A stretch of DNA of 55,916 bases from an uncultured Eubacteriales bacterium (lineage in GTDB: Bacteria > Bacillota > Clostridia > Christensenellales > Aristaeellaceae). A model generated the notes under the pieces. That model saw nothing but the letters and a program-made list of their open reading frames with translations. It had not been told where the DNA came from and searched no databases. The DNA lies in contig CACYWI010000003.1 in NCBI GenBank assembly GCA_902778045.1, forward strand, positions 1 through 55,916, in the 5' to 3' direction. Positions within the stretch are counted from its first letter, which is position 1, and every line of letters starts with the position of its first letter. The translations under genes and the position numbers were made by a program. This document shows, one piece after another, positions 27,524 through 36,277 of this stretch.

Positions 27524-28927
27524 GTGGCGTTCTGCGTCATCGGATATTCGCTGATTCAGCTGGTGGGCGAATATCTGTTTACCCAGCGCACCAGGGACGA
27601 CCAAAGGATCGCCGACGATCTTGCGAAGGATTGCGGCGGTTATTTGGTCGCCTTTGACGCTCAGGGCCTCTACGACGCCGTGACCCAGGGCGCGCTGGAG
27701 GGGCAGACCCGCGTGCTGGTGCTGGACAGGCTTTGCACCGTGCAGATGGATTCCGAATCCCGGCTGAACGGCCGGCGCTTCATCACCGCCGAGATCGAGA
27801 ATGTGCTGGAGGGCGCGGACAGCGATTACGGCTTTTACGATACCGGCGGCGGCAGCCGTTGGTTCCGCGCGGCCCTCAGCGGCTTTTCCGGGGCCAGCGC
27901 CATGACCGGCCTGTACGCCAGCGCGATCACCAACGCCTCGGGCAGCCTGTCCGGCGTGCTGGTGTACATATCCGGCGTACAGGAGATCTACGAGAGCCTG
28001 CGGGACATCCAGTTGAAGATACTGGCGTGGCTGCTGATCGTGGCGACGGCGGTGATGCTGGTGAACGCGCTGGTGCTGCGGACGATCACCCGCCCCATCG
28101 GCGAGCTGAACACCGGCATCGCACGGATGAGCCAGGGCGACCTTTCCGCCCGGGTGGTCGTGCGTGGCAACAACGAATTCGCCAGCCTGGCGAAGGCCTT
28201 CAACTCGATGTCCGAGCGCTTGGAGCAGCTGGATAAATCCAGGAGCCAGTTCGTCTCCAACGCCTCCCACGAGCTGAAGACGCCGCTGAGCACCATGAAG
28301 ATCCTGATCGAGACCCTGATGTACCAGGATCCCATGGACCCCGGCATGACCAAGGAGTTCCTGACCGACGTCAACAAGGAGATCGACCGTCTGAACCGCA
28401 TCGTCAGCGACCTGCTGACCCTGGTGAACATCGACAGCGGCATGAAGATGAACCTTGCGGACCTGGATGTCGGGGCGCTGCTGATGGAGCAGGTCAAGCG
28501 CCTTGCGCCGCTGGCCCGGGAAAACGGCATAGAGCTGGATTGCGCCGTCAAGGAACCGCTGGAGGTCAACGGCGACACGCTGAAGCTGCAGCAGGTGCTG
28601 TACAACATCATCGACAACGCCATCAAATACACGCCCCGGGGCGGCGAGGTGCACTGCACGCTGAACCGCGCGGGCAGGAAAGCCGTCATCCGCGTGGCGG
28701 ACAGCGGCGTGGGTATCCCGGAGGAGGACCTGCCCCACATCTTCGACCGATTCTACCGCGTGGACAAGGCGCGCTCCCGCGAGACAGGCGGTACTGGCCT
28801 GGGCCTGAGCATCGTAAAGCAGTTCGTACTGCTGCACGGCGGCACCATCGACGCCAAGAGCACCCTGGGCAAGGGCACCACGTTCACGATCGAGCTGCCC
28901 CTGTCCGGAAAGAAGCAGGAGGAATGA
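27524..28927 (+). CDS. sensor histidine kinase (TM-sensor-TM-HAMP-HisKA-HATPase); true start probably upstream (see findings)
   Basis: H-box SHELKTPLSTM, N box IDNAIKYTPRGG, G boxes DSGVGIP and GTGLGLSIVK. GTG 27524 is the first canonical start, but the frame is open and WalK-like back to 27461. Confidence 0.85.
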   Translation: MAFCVIGYSLIQLVGEYLFTQRTRDDQRIADDLAKDCGGYLVAFDAQGLYDAVTQGALEGQTRVLVLDRLCTVQMDSESRLNGRRFITAEIENVLEGADSDYGFYDTGGGSRWFRAALSGFSGASAMTGLYASAITNASGSLSGVLVYISGVQEIYESLRDIQLKILAWLLIVATAVMLVNALVLRTITRPIGELNTGIARMSQGDLSARVVVRGNNEFASLAKAFNSMSERLEQLDKSRSQFVSNASHELKTPLSTMKILIETLMYQDPMDPGMTKEFLTDVNKEIDRLNRIVSDLLTLVNIDSGMKMNLADLDVGALLMEQVKRLAPLARENGIELDCAVKEPLEVNGDTLKLQQVLYNIIDNAIKYTPRGGEVHCTLNRAGRKAVIRVADSGVGIPEEDLPHIFDRFYRVDKARSRETGGTGLGLSIVKQFVLLHGGTIDAKSTLGKGTTFTIELPLSGKKQEE

Positions 28928-28959
28928 CGCGCGCTGGCGCGGGAAAGGCAGGTGATTTC

Positions 28960-30480
28960 ATGCGCAAGGGAGCGGGACTGCTGGCCCTTCTGACAGCCGT
29001 CGCGCTGGGGCTGAGCGGCTGCATGCTTTCCGGCCGGGAGCCGGAGGCCGTGGATGAGATCCACCTGCCCGAGCCCACGGAGGAGCCCGAGAACATGATC
29101 CTCGGGGAGACCCTGTCCGGCAGCTTCAACGAGATCACGCTGTACTACCCCGCCCCGGACGGCACAAGCTATTCCACCGTGCGCCGCGGCGTGCGCCCGG
29201 AGGCGGGCCAGAGCCTGCCGGAGGCGGCGCTGTCCGCGCTGTTTGAGGGCGGCAACCAGACCACGCGGTTCCTGGGCGACACCAAGGTGCTCTCCTGTGA
29301 GTTCGCCTGCGGCACGGCCACGGTGAACCTGTCCATCGACGCGCGCAACTTCCAGAACCCCCAGGAGCTGCTGGCCATGGAGCTCTCCATCGGCAACACG
29401 CTGCTGAGCCTGGAGGGCGTGCGCGGTGTGAACATACTGATCGGGCAGCTCAGCGAGGGCTTCTGGCAGCTGCCGCTGGGCGTGCTGACGGAGCCTGTCG
29501 CCAGCGCCACCGCCGACTATGCCCAGCTGCAGGCCGAGCGGGACCGCTCCACCCAGCCGGAGGGCGAGCCCGTTTTGAGAAACGCGCTGCTGTACTTCCC
29601 CACCGATTCCGGCGATTGGCTGGTGCCGGAGCTGCGGCCCATCTCCGCGACGTCCGGCGATTTCATACGCGCATTGATCGACGCGCTGAAGGCCGGCCCG
29701 CAGGACGAGGCCTGCGCCATCGCGTCGATTCCCGAGGGCGTGGAGCTGATGGACGATTCCCCCGCCATCCGCACGCTTTCCAGCGGGGAGCGGGTGCTGG
29801 ATTTGAATTTTTCCTCCACGCTGGCCAATTACCTGGCCTTCTCCGGGCTGGATGTGTGGGAGCTGGCGGGGTCGCTGTCGCTGACCATGTGCTCGTTCCT
29901 GCCGGAGCTGGACGCGGTGCGCATCATGGTGAACGGCGAAGCCATCTCCATGTGCGAGCTGGACGACGGGATCGTGCGCTTCCCGGACGGCCTGATCCAT
30001 CGCCAGGTCTTTTCCGGCAAGATCGGCAGCACCGCCACGCTGTTCCTTTCAAACGACGCCGGCCGGCTGCAGCCGGTGCGCCGGGCCGTGTCCATGCGCA
30101 GCGCCCAGTCGCCCAGGAGCCTGCTTACAGAGCTGCTGCGCTATGCCGGCGAGGATAACGGCGCGCTGGTCTTCCCCCTGCCCTCCGGCATCTATCCCGA
30201 GGATTTCCTGGGCGTACAGGCCTCCGGCGGCATCGCGCGGGTCAATCTGTCCGGTAGCTTCTACCGCAGCTGTCAGGGCCTGGACGAGCAGCGCGAGCGC
30301 GCCCTGGTCTATTCGATGATCAACACCCTTTGCACGCTGCAGGGCATCCGCGCCGTCCGCTTTTATGTGGAGGGCCGCCCCGCCGACACGCTGTCCGGCA
30401 GCATCTACCTGAAGAGCGTGCTGCTGCCGAACCCGGGGATCGTGGAAAGCGATGCCGAGCAGGCGGAGGAGGATGAATAA
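28960..30480 (+). CDS. lipoprotein with three GerMN-like repeats (GerM-like)
   Basis: Lipobox LGLSGC after MRKGAGLLALLTAVA. Repeats begin ITLYYPAPDG, ALLYFPTDSGDWLVPELRPI and ATLFLSNDAGRLQPVRRAV. An alternative ATG at 28924 overlaps the kinase stop (ATGA). Confidence 0.7.
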   Translation: MRKGAGLLALLTAVALGLSGCMLSGREPEAVDEIHLPEPTEEPENMILGETLSGSFNEITLYYPAPDGTSYSTVRRGVRPEAGQSLPEAALSALFEGGNQTTRFLGDTKVLSCEFACGTATVNLSIDARNFQNPQELLAMELSIGNTLLSLEGVRGVNILIGQLSEGFWQLPLGVLTEPVASATADYAQLQAERDRSTQPEGEPVLRNALLYFPTDSGDWLVPELRPISATSGDFIRALIDALKAGPQDEACAIASIPEGVELMDDSPAIRTLSSGERVLDLNFSSTLANYLAFSGLDVWELAGSLSLTMCSFLPELDAVRIMVNGEAISMCELDDGIVRFPDGLIHRQVFSGKIGSTATLFLSNDAGRLQPVRRAVSMRSAQSPRSLLTELLRYAGEDNGALVFPLPSGIYPEDFLGVQASGGIARVNLSGSFYRSCQGLDEQRERALVYSMINTLCTLQGIRAVRFYVEGRPADTLSGSIYLKSVLLPNPGIVESDAEQAEEDE

Positions 30481-30494
30481 TCGGGAATTAGGGC

Positions 30495-30605
30495 GTGTTT
30501 CTAAAATGCCTGAAGCGCATTTTCGGCGTCTTTGACTTACCGCCAGTAAACCTGCGGAAAACCGCCTTGAAATGCAGTCAAATCCACTCGAAACTGCATC
30601 TCCCG
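30495..30605. repeat. copy A of a dispersed element (16-nt motif, 26-nt spacer, 69-bp core)
   Basis: GTGTTTCTAAAATGCC (30495-30510), with the core at 30537-30605. The core is 66/69 identical to the reverse complement of 41114-41182. Confidence 0.6.
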
Positions 30606-30725
30606 ACTGTCGACACGCAGCAGCGATTCGACTTCGATCATTCAAATCTAAACAGATCCGTCGGGATCCGCTCCGCAATTCTCAATTCATATAATCCCGA
30701 TCTCCGTTAAAACCATACAAGCACA

Positions 30726-30757
30726 AAGACGGGACAGCCTTCCGGCTGTCCCGTCTT
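30726..30757 (-). terminator. intrinsic terminator of the PrsA-like gene
   Basis: Perfect stem GACGGGACAGCC / GGCTGTCCCGTC with a TTCC loop. On the minus strand it is followed by TTTGTGCTTGT. It lies 14 nt after the stop. Confidence 0.7.
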
Positions 30758-30770
30758 GCTGTCCCCGGCG

Positions 30771-32219
30771 TTATTCCGCCGTGGTCAGCTTGAAGTTCTC
30801 GATGCTGTACTTGGGGTTCAGGGCGTCCACCCAGGACTTCAGCGCATCCTCGAAATGCTGTGTCTTCAGGTTCTCCAGGGTCTCGTCATACAGCGCGTCG
30901 CGGATATCCTCCAGTGCCACTGCGCCGGGGGTCACATCGGATTCATAGCGAATGATGTGCACGCCGCTGGAGCTGATGACCGGGGTCGCGGTCACGTCGC
31001 CCACGTTTTCCAGCGACATCGCGCCGGCCGTGAAGTTCTTGTCCCAGTTGGCGGAATTGGCGCTGACGTAGTAGCCGCGGGTCTTGGTGGGCTCGTTTTG
31101 CATGCCGGGATCCTCGCCATAGGCTTCGATCAGGCCGGCGAAGTCCTCGCCCGCTTCGATCTTGGCGTAGATCTCGTCCAGCTTGTCCTGCACGGAAGCC
31201 AGGCAATCGGCCTCGGCCTTCTCAACATCGGCCTTCAGGGGCTCCAGCTCCGCCTCGGCGGCGGTGATGTCGGCCTGGATCTCCTCGGCGGTGCGGGGCG
31301 CCTCCTCGGCCTCCGCCTCGTCCTCGGCATCCTCCTCGGCCTCTTCGCCTTCGGCGGCGGTCTCGGCGTCGTCGTCGTTCAGGTCGTCCAGCTCGCTGCG
31401 CAGGTCCTCCAGCTTGCTCTCGGCGTTGCTGTAGGCGAGGCGGGCGTCGGTCACGGCGCTCAGCACGTCGTCCTCGGGCTTGACCAGGATGTGCTTGACC
31501 GTGCGATAGCCCTCGGGCATCCAGGCGACGATCTCATCGTCGCTGGTCATAGCGGATTCGAAGCTGCTGGCGGAATCCGCGTACTGGTCCTCGTCCTCGG
31601 AGATCTTTTCGTCATAGGCGGCCTGCAGGGCCTCGTCGGTAACCTCGGTGACCTCGTCGCGCAGGGCCTGCTCGATCAGCTCATCGTTGGCGGAGGCCAG
31701 CTCCATGTTGTAGATGGCGTCCTTCGTATAGCCGTTCACGGCCAAGTTGTACTCGGTCCGCTTCGCGCGGACCTCGTCCGTCTCGCCGGTGGCGCTGGCA
31801 TACAGCGAGTCATAGGCCTCCTGGTAGTGCTCGTCCGTCTCGGCCTGGATCTCGGCCAGCTTGTCGTCGTCCAGCTTCAGGCCGCGCTTTTCGATCTCGG
31901 CGGCGACGGCAATGTTCTGTACGGCGTTCTCCACCACGGACTGCTCGATGTCGATGGCCATGCTGCTGTTCATGCTCATGCCGTACATGCTGTACAGCTG
32001 GCTCATATAGGCGTACTGGGAGGTGAAGCTTCCCATCACGTCCTCCTGCGTGATCTGGCCGCCGTCATAGGTGGCCACGACGCCGGAATACTGTTTCTTC
32101 AATGCGGCGAAATCCTCGTCCAGCTGCATGATCGGATCAACGGTGATCAGGTTACAACCGGTCAGTACCAGCATCACGACGATCAGTATGCCGGTCAGCC
32201 GCACAAGCGCGTGTCTCAT
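30771..32219 (-). CDS. PrsA/SurA-like peptidyl-prolyl isomerase lipoprotein
   Basis: ATG 32219 has a GAGAGGAAG RBS. Lipobox LVLTGC, parvulin-type segment (VKHILV...) and SurA-like N-domain. Contains an acidic low-complexity insert (DDDAETAAEGEEAEEDAEDEAEAEE). Confidence 0.8.
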   Translation of the reverse strand: MRHALVRLTGILIVVMLVLTGCNLITVDPIMQLDEDFAALKKQYSGVVATYDGGQITQEDVMGSFTSQYAYMSQLYSMYGMSMNSSMAIDIEQSVVENAVQNIAVAAEIEKRGLKLDDDKLAEIQAETDEHYQEAYDSLYASATGETDEVRAKRTEYNLAVNGYTKDAIYNMELASANDELIEQALRDEVTEVTDEALQAAYDEKISEDEDQYADSASSFESAMTSDDEIVAWMPEGYRTVKHILVKPEDDVLSAVTDARLAYSNAESKLEDLRSELDDLNDDDAETAAEGEEAEEDAEDEAEAEEAPRTAEEIQADITAAEAELEPLKADVEKAEADCLASVQDKLDEIYAKIEAGEDFAGLIEAYGEDPGMQNEPTKTRGYYVSANSANWDKNFTAGAMSLENVGDVTATPVISSSGVHIIRYESDVTPGAVALEDIRDALYDETLENLKTQHFEDALKSWVDALNPKYSIENFKLTTAE

Positions 32220-32264
32220 AGCAATCTTCCTCTCAATCCGGGGTAATATCACCCAAAAATAAGC

Positions 32265-32837
32265 TTACCCATATATTATACACATTTCGGGATTTTCCGC
32301 AAGGGATTTTGGCAATTCTCCTGTGCGTAAAAAGCGGGATAACGCTGTATTCAGGCCGTTTTCGGGATTTGTAAACATTTCTGACCCTGCGTTTTGGTCG
32401 ATGCAGAGCCGGATCACGGGGCTGTGGGCCCCCAGGCCGCCGGCCAACAGCGCGGATGCGTACGCGCTCTCCCCCTCCGACACCACAAGGACATCGCTGA
32501 CGCACAGGGCCAGGTTCCTGCGGGCAAAGCGGTCCAGCCGGCGCAGCGGCCCGCTTGGGCGTTCCGGGCACAGCAGCGCCAGCCGCTCCACGGGCAGCTG
32601 CACCGACAGCGCCAGCGCCGCGGCACAGCCCGCGCCGGCGGCCAGTACGCAGGCGCTTCCGTATTCCGCGCGCACATCCTGCAGCGCGGCTTGCAGCCCC
32701 GGCCAGAGGTCCTCCCCCGCCGCCGGGACGAAGGGCTTTAGCGCCACGCCACCGAGCCCATGAACAGGAAAAGGGCCGGAAAACACCTGCTTTCCGACCG
32801 TAAGATCACCGATGCACAGGCACCCGACCGCTTTCAC
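32265..32837 (-). CDS. hypothetical protein (190 aa)
   Basis: An ORF in the same direction as its neighbours that fills the gap between ktrA and the PPIase gene. No motif recognised. Coding status rests mainly on length and context. Confidence 0.4.
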   Translation of the reverse strand: MKAVGCLCIGDLTVGKQVFSGPFPVHGLGGVALKPFVPAAGEDLWPGLQAALQDVRAEYGSACVLAAGAGCAAALALSVQLPVERLALLCPERPSGPLRRLDRFARRNLALCVSDVLVVSEGESAYASALLAGGLGAHSPVIRLCIDQNAGSEMFTNPENGLNTALSRFLRTGELPKSLAENPEMCIIYG

Positions 32838-32879
32838 AGCACCGCCGTCCCTTCGCCCGGAACGGCGCAGGCCGCCCGA

Positions 32880-33539
32880 TTATTTCAGCTTCTTGAGCAT
32901 CGCGTCGCTGGTGACCACCAGCATCACGTCCTCCTCCCGCAGCACGGTATCCGGCTGGGGCATGGCGTTCAGCTCGTCGCCGTTGCGTATGGCCACCACG
33001 TTGATGCCCATGCTGTTGCGCATGGCCAGGTCCTTCAGCGCGCGGCCCACCCATTCCGGCCTCGGCCTGATCTCGGCCATGGAGTATTCGGAGGACAGCT
33101 CCAGGTAGTCGATGACGTTGCCCGATACAAGGTTATGCGCCACCCGGCGGCCCATATCACGCTCGGGGAACAAAACCTGGTCCGCGCCCAGCTTTTCCAG
33201 CATACGGCCGTGGAATTCGTCGTGGGCCTTGGCGATGATGCGCTTTGCCCCCAGTTCCTTCAGCAGCAGCACGATGGTGCCGCTGGCCCGGATGTCCGAG
33301 CCCATGGTGACGAAGGCGACATCGAAATCCTGCACGCCCAGGGCCTCCAGTGCGTCCCGGTCCATGGCGTCCATCTGCACGGTGTGGGTCAGCACGTCGC
33401 GCATGTCCTCCACCAGGTCCATGCGCCGGTCGACGCCCAGCACCTCCGCGCCGTCCTGGCACAGGGTTTCGGCGATGGCGCGGCCGAAGCGGCCCAGCCC
33501 CACCACGACATACTGTTTTTCACGCTTGCTCTTGCTCAT
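32880..33539 (-). CDS. ktrA: K+ uptake system NAD-binding subunit (TrkA/KtrA, RCK domain)
   Basis: Rossmann motif VVGLGRFG and a C-terminal RCK_C domain. Adjacent to the TrkH/KtrB gene. Confidence 0.85.
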   Translation of the reverse strand: MSKSKREKQYVVVGLGRFGRAIAETLCQDGAEVLGVDRRMDLVEDMRDVLTHTVQMDAMDRDALEALGVQDFDVAFVTMGSDIRASGTIVLLLKELGAKRIIAKAHDEFHGRMLEKLGADQVLFPERDMGRRVAHNLVSGNVIDYLELSSEYSMAEIRPRPEWVGRALKDLAMRNSMGINVVAIRNGDELNAMPQPDTVLREEDVMLVVTSDAMLKKLK

Positions 33540-33570
33540 GGAAAAACCTCCAGCAGTTTGTAATGGCTGC

Positions 33571-35001
33571 TCAGCCGATCATCACCCTGTCCTCCGGGTA
33601 GCGCAGCAGCTCCCTGGCCCGGCTCTGCTTCCGTGTGAACAGCAGCGCCATGGACAGCGGGCCGATGCGGCCGATGTACATGGTGATGATGATCAACAGC
33701 CGCGCGACGACACCCAGGTTGGCCGAGCCCACCGCGGAGATCCCGACGGTGCCCACGGCGGACACGCATTCATAGTACAGGTCCAGAAACGCGTATTCCG
33801 GCTCCAGCAGCGACAGGGCGCAGACATCGATAAACGCCACCGCCACGGCGATGCACACGATGGCCACCGTGCGCTGGATCAGCGCGCGGTCGATGCGCCT
33901 GTCGAACACCACGATGCAGCTTTCGCCCCGGGCCACCATGCGCACGGTGAGCACCATGATGGCCATGGTGGTCACCTTCACGCCGCCGCCCGTGGAGGCC
34001 GGCGCGCAGCCCACCAGCATCATGAAGCCGCCGATCAGCTTGGTGGCGTCCCGCAGGGCCCCCTGGTCGATGGTGTTGAAGCCGGCCGTGCGCAGCGTCA
34101 CCGATTGGAAAAGCGCCGCCAGCAGCTTCTGGCCGAAGCTGAGCGGGCCCAGCGTGGCGGGATTGCTCCACTCCAGCGCCAGCACGATTACAAAGCCGCC
34201 CAGCAGCAGCGCGCCGTAGCTGACCAGCACCAGCTTGGTGTGCAGCCGGAAGCGGCGGAAGCTGCGGCGCTTGAGCACGTCATGCAGCGTGCTGAAGCCG
34301 ATGCCGCCCACCACCACCAGGGCGATGGCCGTCAGGTTCATCAGCACGTCCCCGGAAAAGCCGGTCAGGCTCCTGCCCCCGCCGAACAGGTCGAAGCCCG
34401 CGTTGCAGAAGGCGGATACGGCGTGGAACAGCGCGAACCAGGCACCCTTCACGGGCCCGTAGATCGGGATCAGGCGTATGGAAAACAGCAGCGCGCCCAC
34501 CAGCTCCACCGTAAAGGCGCTGCGGGCGACCCACTGCACCATCTGCACCATGCCGCCGATGTCGTCCTCGTTCAGCGACTCCCGCATGATCATGCGCTCG
34601 CGCATGGAAAAGGTGCGCCCCATGGCCCGGAAGATCAGCGTGGCGAAGGTCATAAAGCCCAAGCCGCCCAGCTGGATCAGCCCCAGCAGCACCACGTGCC
34701 CGAAGGTGGAATAGGCCGTACCGGTATCCCGGACCACCAGACCCGTGACGCAGACCGCGGAGGTCGATGTGAACAGCGTGTCGAACCAGGGAACGCGCGC
34801 GCCCGTGGCCGAGGCAACGGGCAGCGTGAGCAGCAGGCTGCCCAGCAGTATGATGCCCGCGAAGCCCAGGGCGATCATCGGCAGCGCATTGAAGCCCGAG
34901 CGCCGGTACAGGCGTCGGGCAAGGTAGAATATAAACCGGGGTCGGTTTGTTTTTAGGTCTTTCTCCCCGATGGACGAGGGGCCCTTCCAATTTGAAAGCA
35001 C
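33571..35001 (-). CDS. ktrB: K+ transporter membrane subunit (TrkH/KtrB family)
   Basis: Polytopic protein with repeated pore-loop signatures (SAVCVTGL, NAGFDL, RTAGFNT, STGGGVKV). Confidence 0.85.
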   Translation of the reverse strand: MLSNWKGPSSIGEKDLKTNRPRFIFYLARRLYRRSGFNALPMIALGFAGIILLGSLLLTLPVASATGARVPWFDTLFTSTSAVCVTGLVVRDTGTAYSTFGHVVLLGLIQLGGLGFMTFATLIFRAMGRTFSMRERMIMRESLNEDDIGGMVQMVQWVARSAFTVELVGALLFSIRLIPIYGPVKGAWFALFHAVSAFCNAGFDLFGGGRSLTGFSGDVLMNLTAIALVVVGGIGFSTLHDVLKRRSFRRFRLHTKLVLVSYGALLLGGFVIVLALEWSNPATLGPLSFGQKLLAALFQSVTLRTAGFNTIDQGALRDATKLIGGFMMLVGCAPASTGGGVKVTTMAIMVLTVRMVARGESCIVVFDRRIDRALIQRTVAIVCIAVAVAFIDVCALSLLEPEYAFLDLYYECVSAVGTVGISAVGSANLGVVARLLIIITMYIGRIGPLSMALLFTRKQSRARELLRYPEDRVMIG

Positions 35002-35003
35002 GC

Positions 35004-35933
35004 CTACACCCTCTCGATATTCACCATTTCCAGGAAGGCCTTGTACACGGTCCTGTCGATGGTCTTATAGCCCTCTGTCACGCAGCGGGTGCTGGCGCAG
35101 GCCACGCCCATGCGGAAGGTTTCCTCCAGGTCATGCTCGGCCATGAAGCCCGCGGCCAGGCCGGCGACCATCGCGTCCCCCGCCCCCACGGTGCCCTTGA
35201 CCTCGATGTTCATCCGCGGGGCGAACAGGGTCTCATTGCCGTTGGTGATCAGCGCGCCGCCGGAGCCCAGGGAAACGGCCACCACCTCGACGCCCATGTC
35301 GATGTAGCTCAGCGCCGCGGCCTTCAAATCGGCGATGTTGTCCAGGCGGGTGCCGGTCATCATCTCCAGCTCATAGCGGTTGGGCTTGATCATAAAGGGG
35401 CGCGCCTCCAGGCCGTACTTCAGGCGCTCGCCGTCCGCGTCCAGTATGCAGCGGCAGCCAAGGCCGTCCACGGCGCCTATCAGCGTGCGGTAGTAATCCT
35501 GGGGGCAGCCCGGCGGCACCGAGCCGGAGAGCACCAGATAATCGCTGTTCTCGGCGTGGCCCACCACCAGGTCGATCATCCTGGAAAGGGACGCCTCGTC
35601 CACGGTCATGCCGGATTCGTTCAGCTCGGTGATCACGCCGGTGGTGCGGTCGAACACCTTGATGTTCGTGCGCACGCTGCCGTTGCACCAGATGAAATCG
35701 TAGGGCGTTGAATTCATCATCAGCCGCTTTTCAAACATCGGCCCGCCGTCCTGGTACATAAAGCCGATGCACTCGGCGTCAAGCCCCAGGCCGGATACCG
35801 TCAGTGCCACGTTGATGCCCTTGCCCGCGGCCACGTCGTTCTTGACGGCCACGCGATTCAGCGAGCCGGGGGTAAAGCCATCGACCGTCAGGGTGCGGTC
35901 AATGCTGGGGTTCAGGGATACGGATGTAATCAT
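35004..35933 (-). CDS. 1-phosphofructokinase family (PfkB) sugar kinase
   Basis: N-terminus ITSVSLNPSIDRT, GKGINV and C-terminal GAGDAMVAG, typical of FruK/LacC-type PfkB kinases. Confidence 0.85.
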   Translation of the reverse strand: MITSVSLNPSIDRTLTVDGFTPGSLNRVAVKNDVAAGKGINVALTVSGLGLDAECIGFMYQDGGPMFEKRLMMNSTPYDFIWCNGSVRTNIKVFDRTTGVITELNESGMTVDEASLSRMIDLVVGHAENSDYLVLSGSVPPGCPQDYYRTLIGAVDGLGCRCILDADGERLKYGLEARPFMIKPNRYELEMMTGTRLDNIADLKAAALSYIDMGVEVVAVSLGSGGALITNGNETLFAPRMNIEVKGTVGAGDAMVAGLAAGFMAEHDLEETFRMGVACASTRCVTEGYKTIDRTVYKAFLEMVNIERV

Positions 35934-35957
35934 TGGTTCACTCCTGTATCGATGCAG

Positions 35958-36191
35958 TTACTCATGGGTTCCGGACGCATCGGAGGCGCTGCCCTCCGAA
36001 GGGCGCTTTTCCGCCTGCTCCTGCTCGCGGGCCTCTTCCTCTACCGTTCGCAGGAAGCCGCCGATGTGGTGCATCAGCGTAAACCCCACGATCAGGCACA
36101 GACCGCCGACCACCAACAGCGCGATCAGTATGACCCTTTGCGCAATCGTCACCGCCGTGTCCTCCCGCCATGTCCGGAATATACGATCCAC
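35958..36191 (-). CDS. small single-pass membrane protein (77 aa), hypothetical
   Basis: One TM (VILIALLVVGGLCLIVGFTL) plus an acidic tail. Located just upstream of the pfkB-type gene. No homology recognised. Confidence 0.4.
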   Translation of the reverse strand: MDRIFRTWREDTAVTIAQRVILIALLVVGGLCLIVGFTLMHHIGGFLRTVEEEAREQEQAEKRPSEGSASDASGTHE

Positions 36192-36242
36192 TGATTATAG
36201 TATATCACAATTCTGTCAAATTTCAACCCTGTTATCGCACAT

Positions 36243-36267
36243 AAAGGGCGGCTTTCCGCCGCCCTTT
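36243..36267. terminator. hairpin terminator after the dipeptidase gene
   Basis: AAAGGGCGGC-TTTCC-GCCGCCCTTT, 10 nt after the stop. Minus-strand tail is TTTATGTG. Confidence 0.6.
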
Positions 36268-36277
36268 GCCGGATCGT

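Noticed and set aside
28540-28959. 5' extension of the GerMN lipoprotein ORF (646-aa version), and the analogous extensions of the regulator (7404-8321), spoIIIAE (to 54239), spoIIIAB (to 55590) and spoIIIAH (to 52713)
   Set aside because: Each extension overlaps the preceding, well-supported gene out of frame. Internal starts with an RBS and a signal peptide or lipobox give family-typical lengths.
30495-30710. 71-aa ORF starting at the GTG of the repeat motif
   Set aside because: Codon usage and GC content are unlike the surrounding genes and there is no RBS. The homologous repeat copy at 41100 terminates after 13 codons, so conservation is at the nucleotide level rather than the protein level.
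35001-35004. c-di-AMP (ydaO/kimA-type) riboswitch expected upstream of ktr genes
   Set aside because: ktrB starts 2 nt after the preceding pfkB-type gene stop, so there is no room for a leader RNA.
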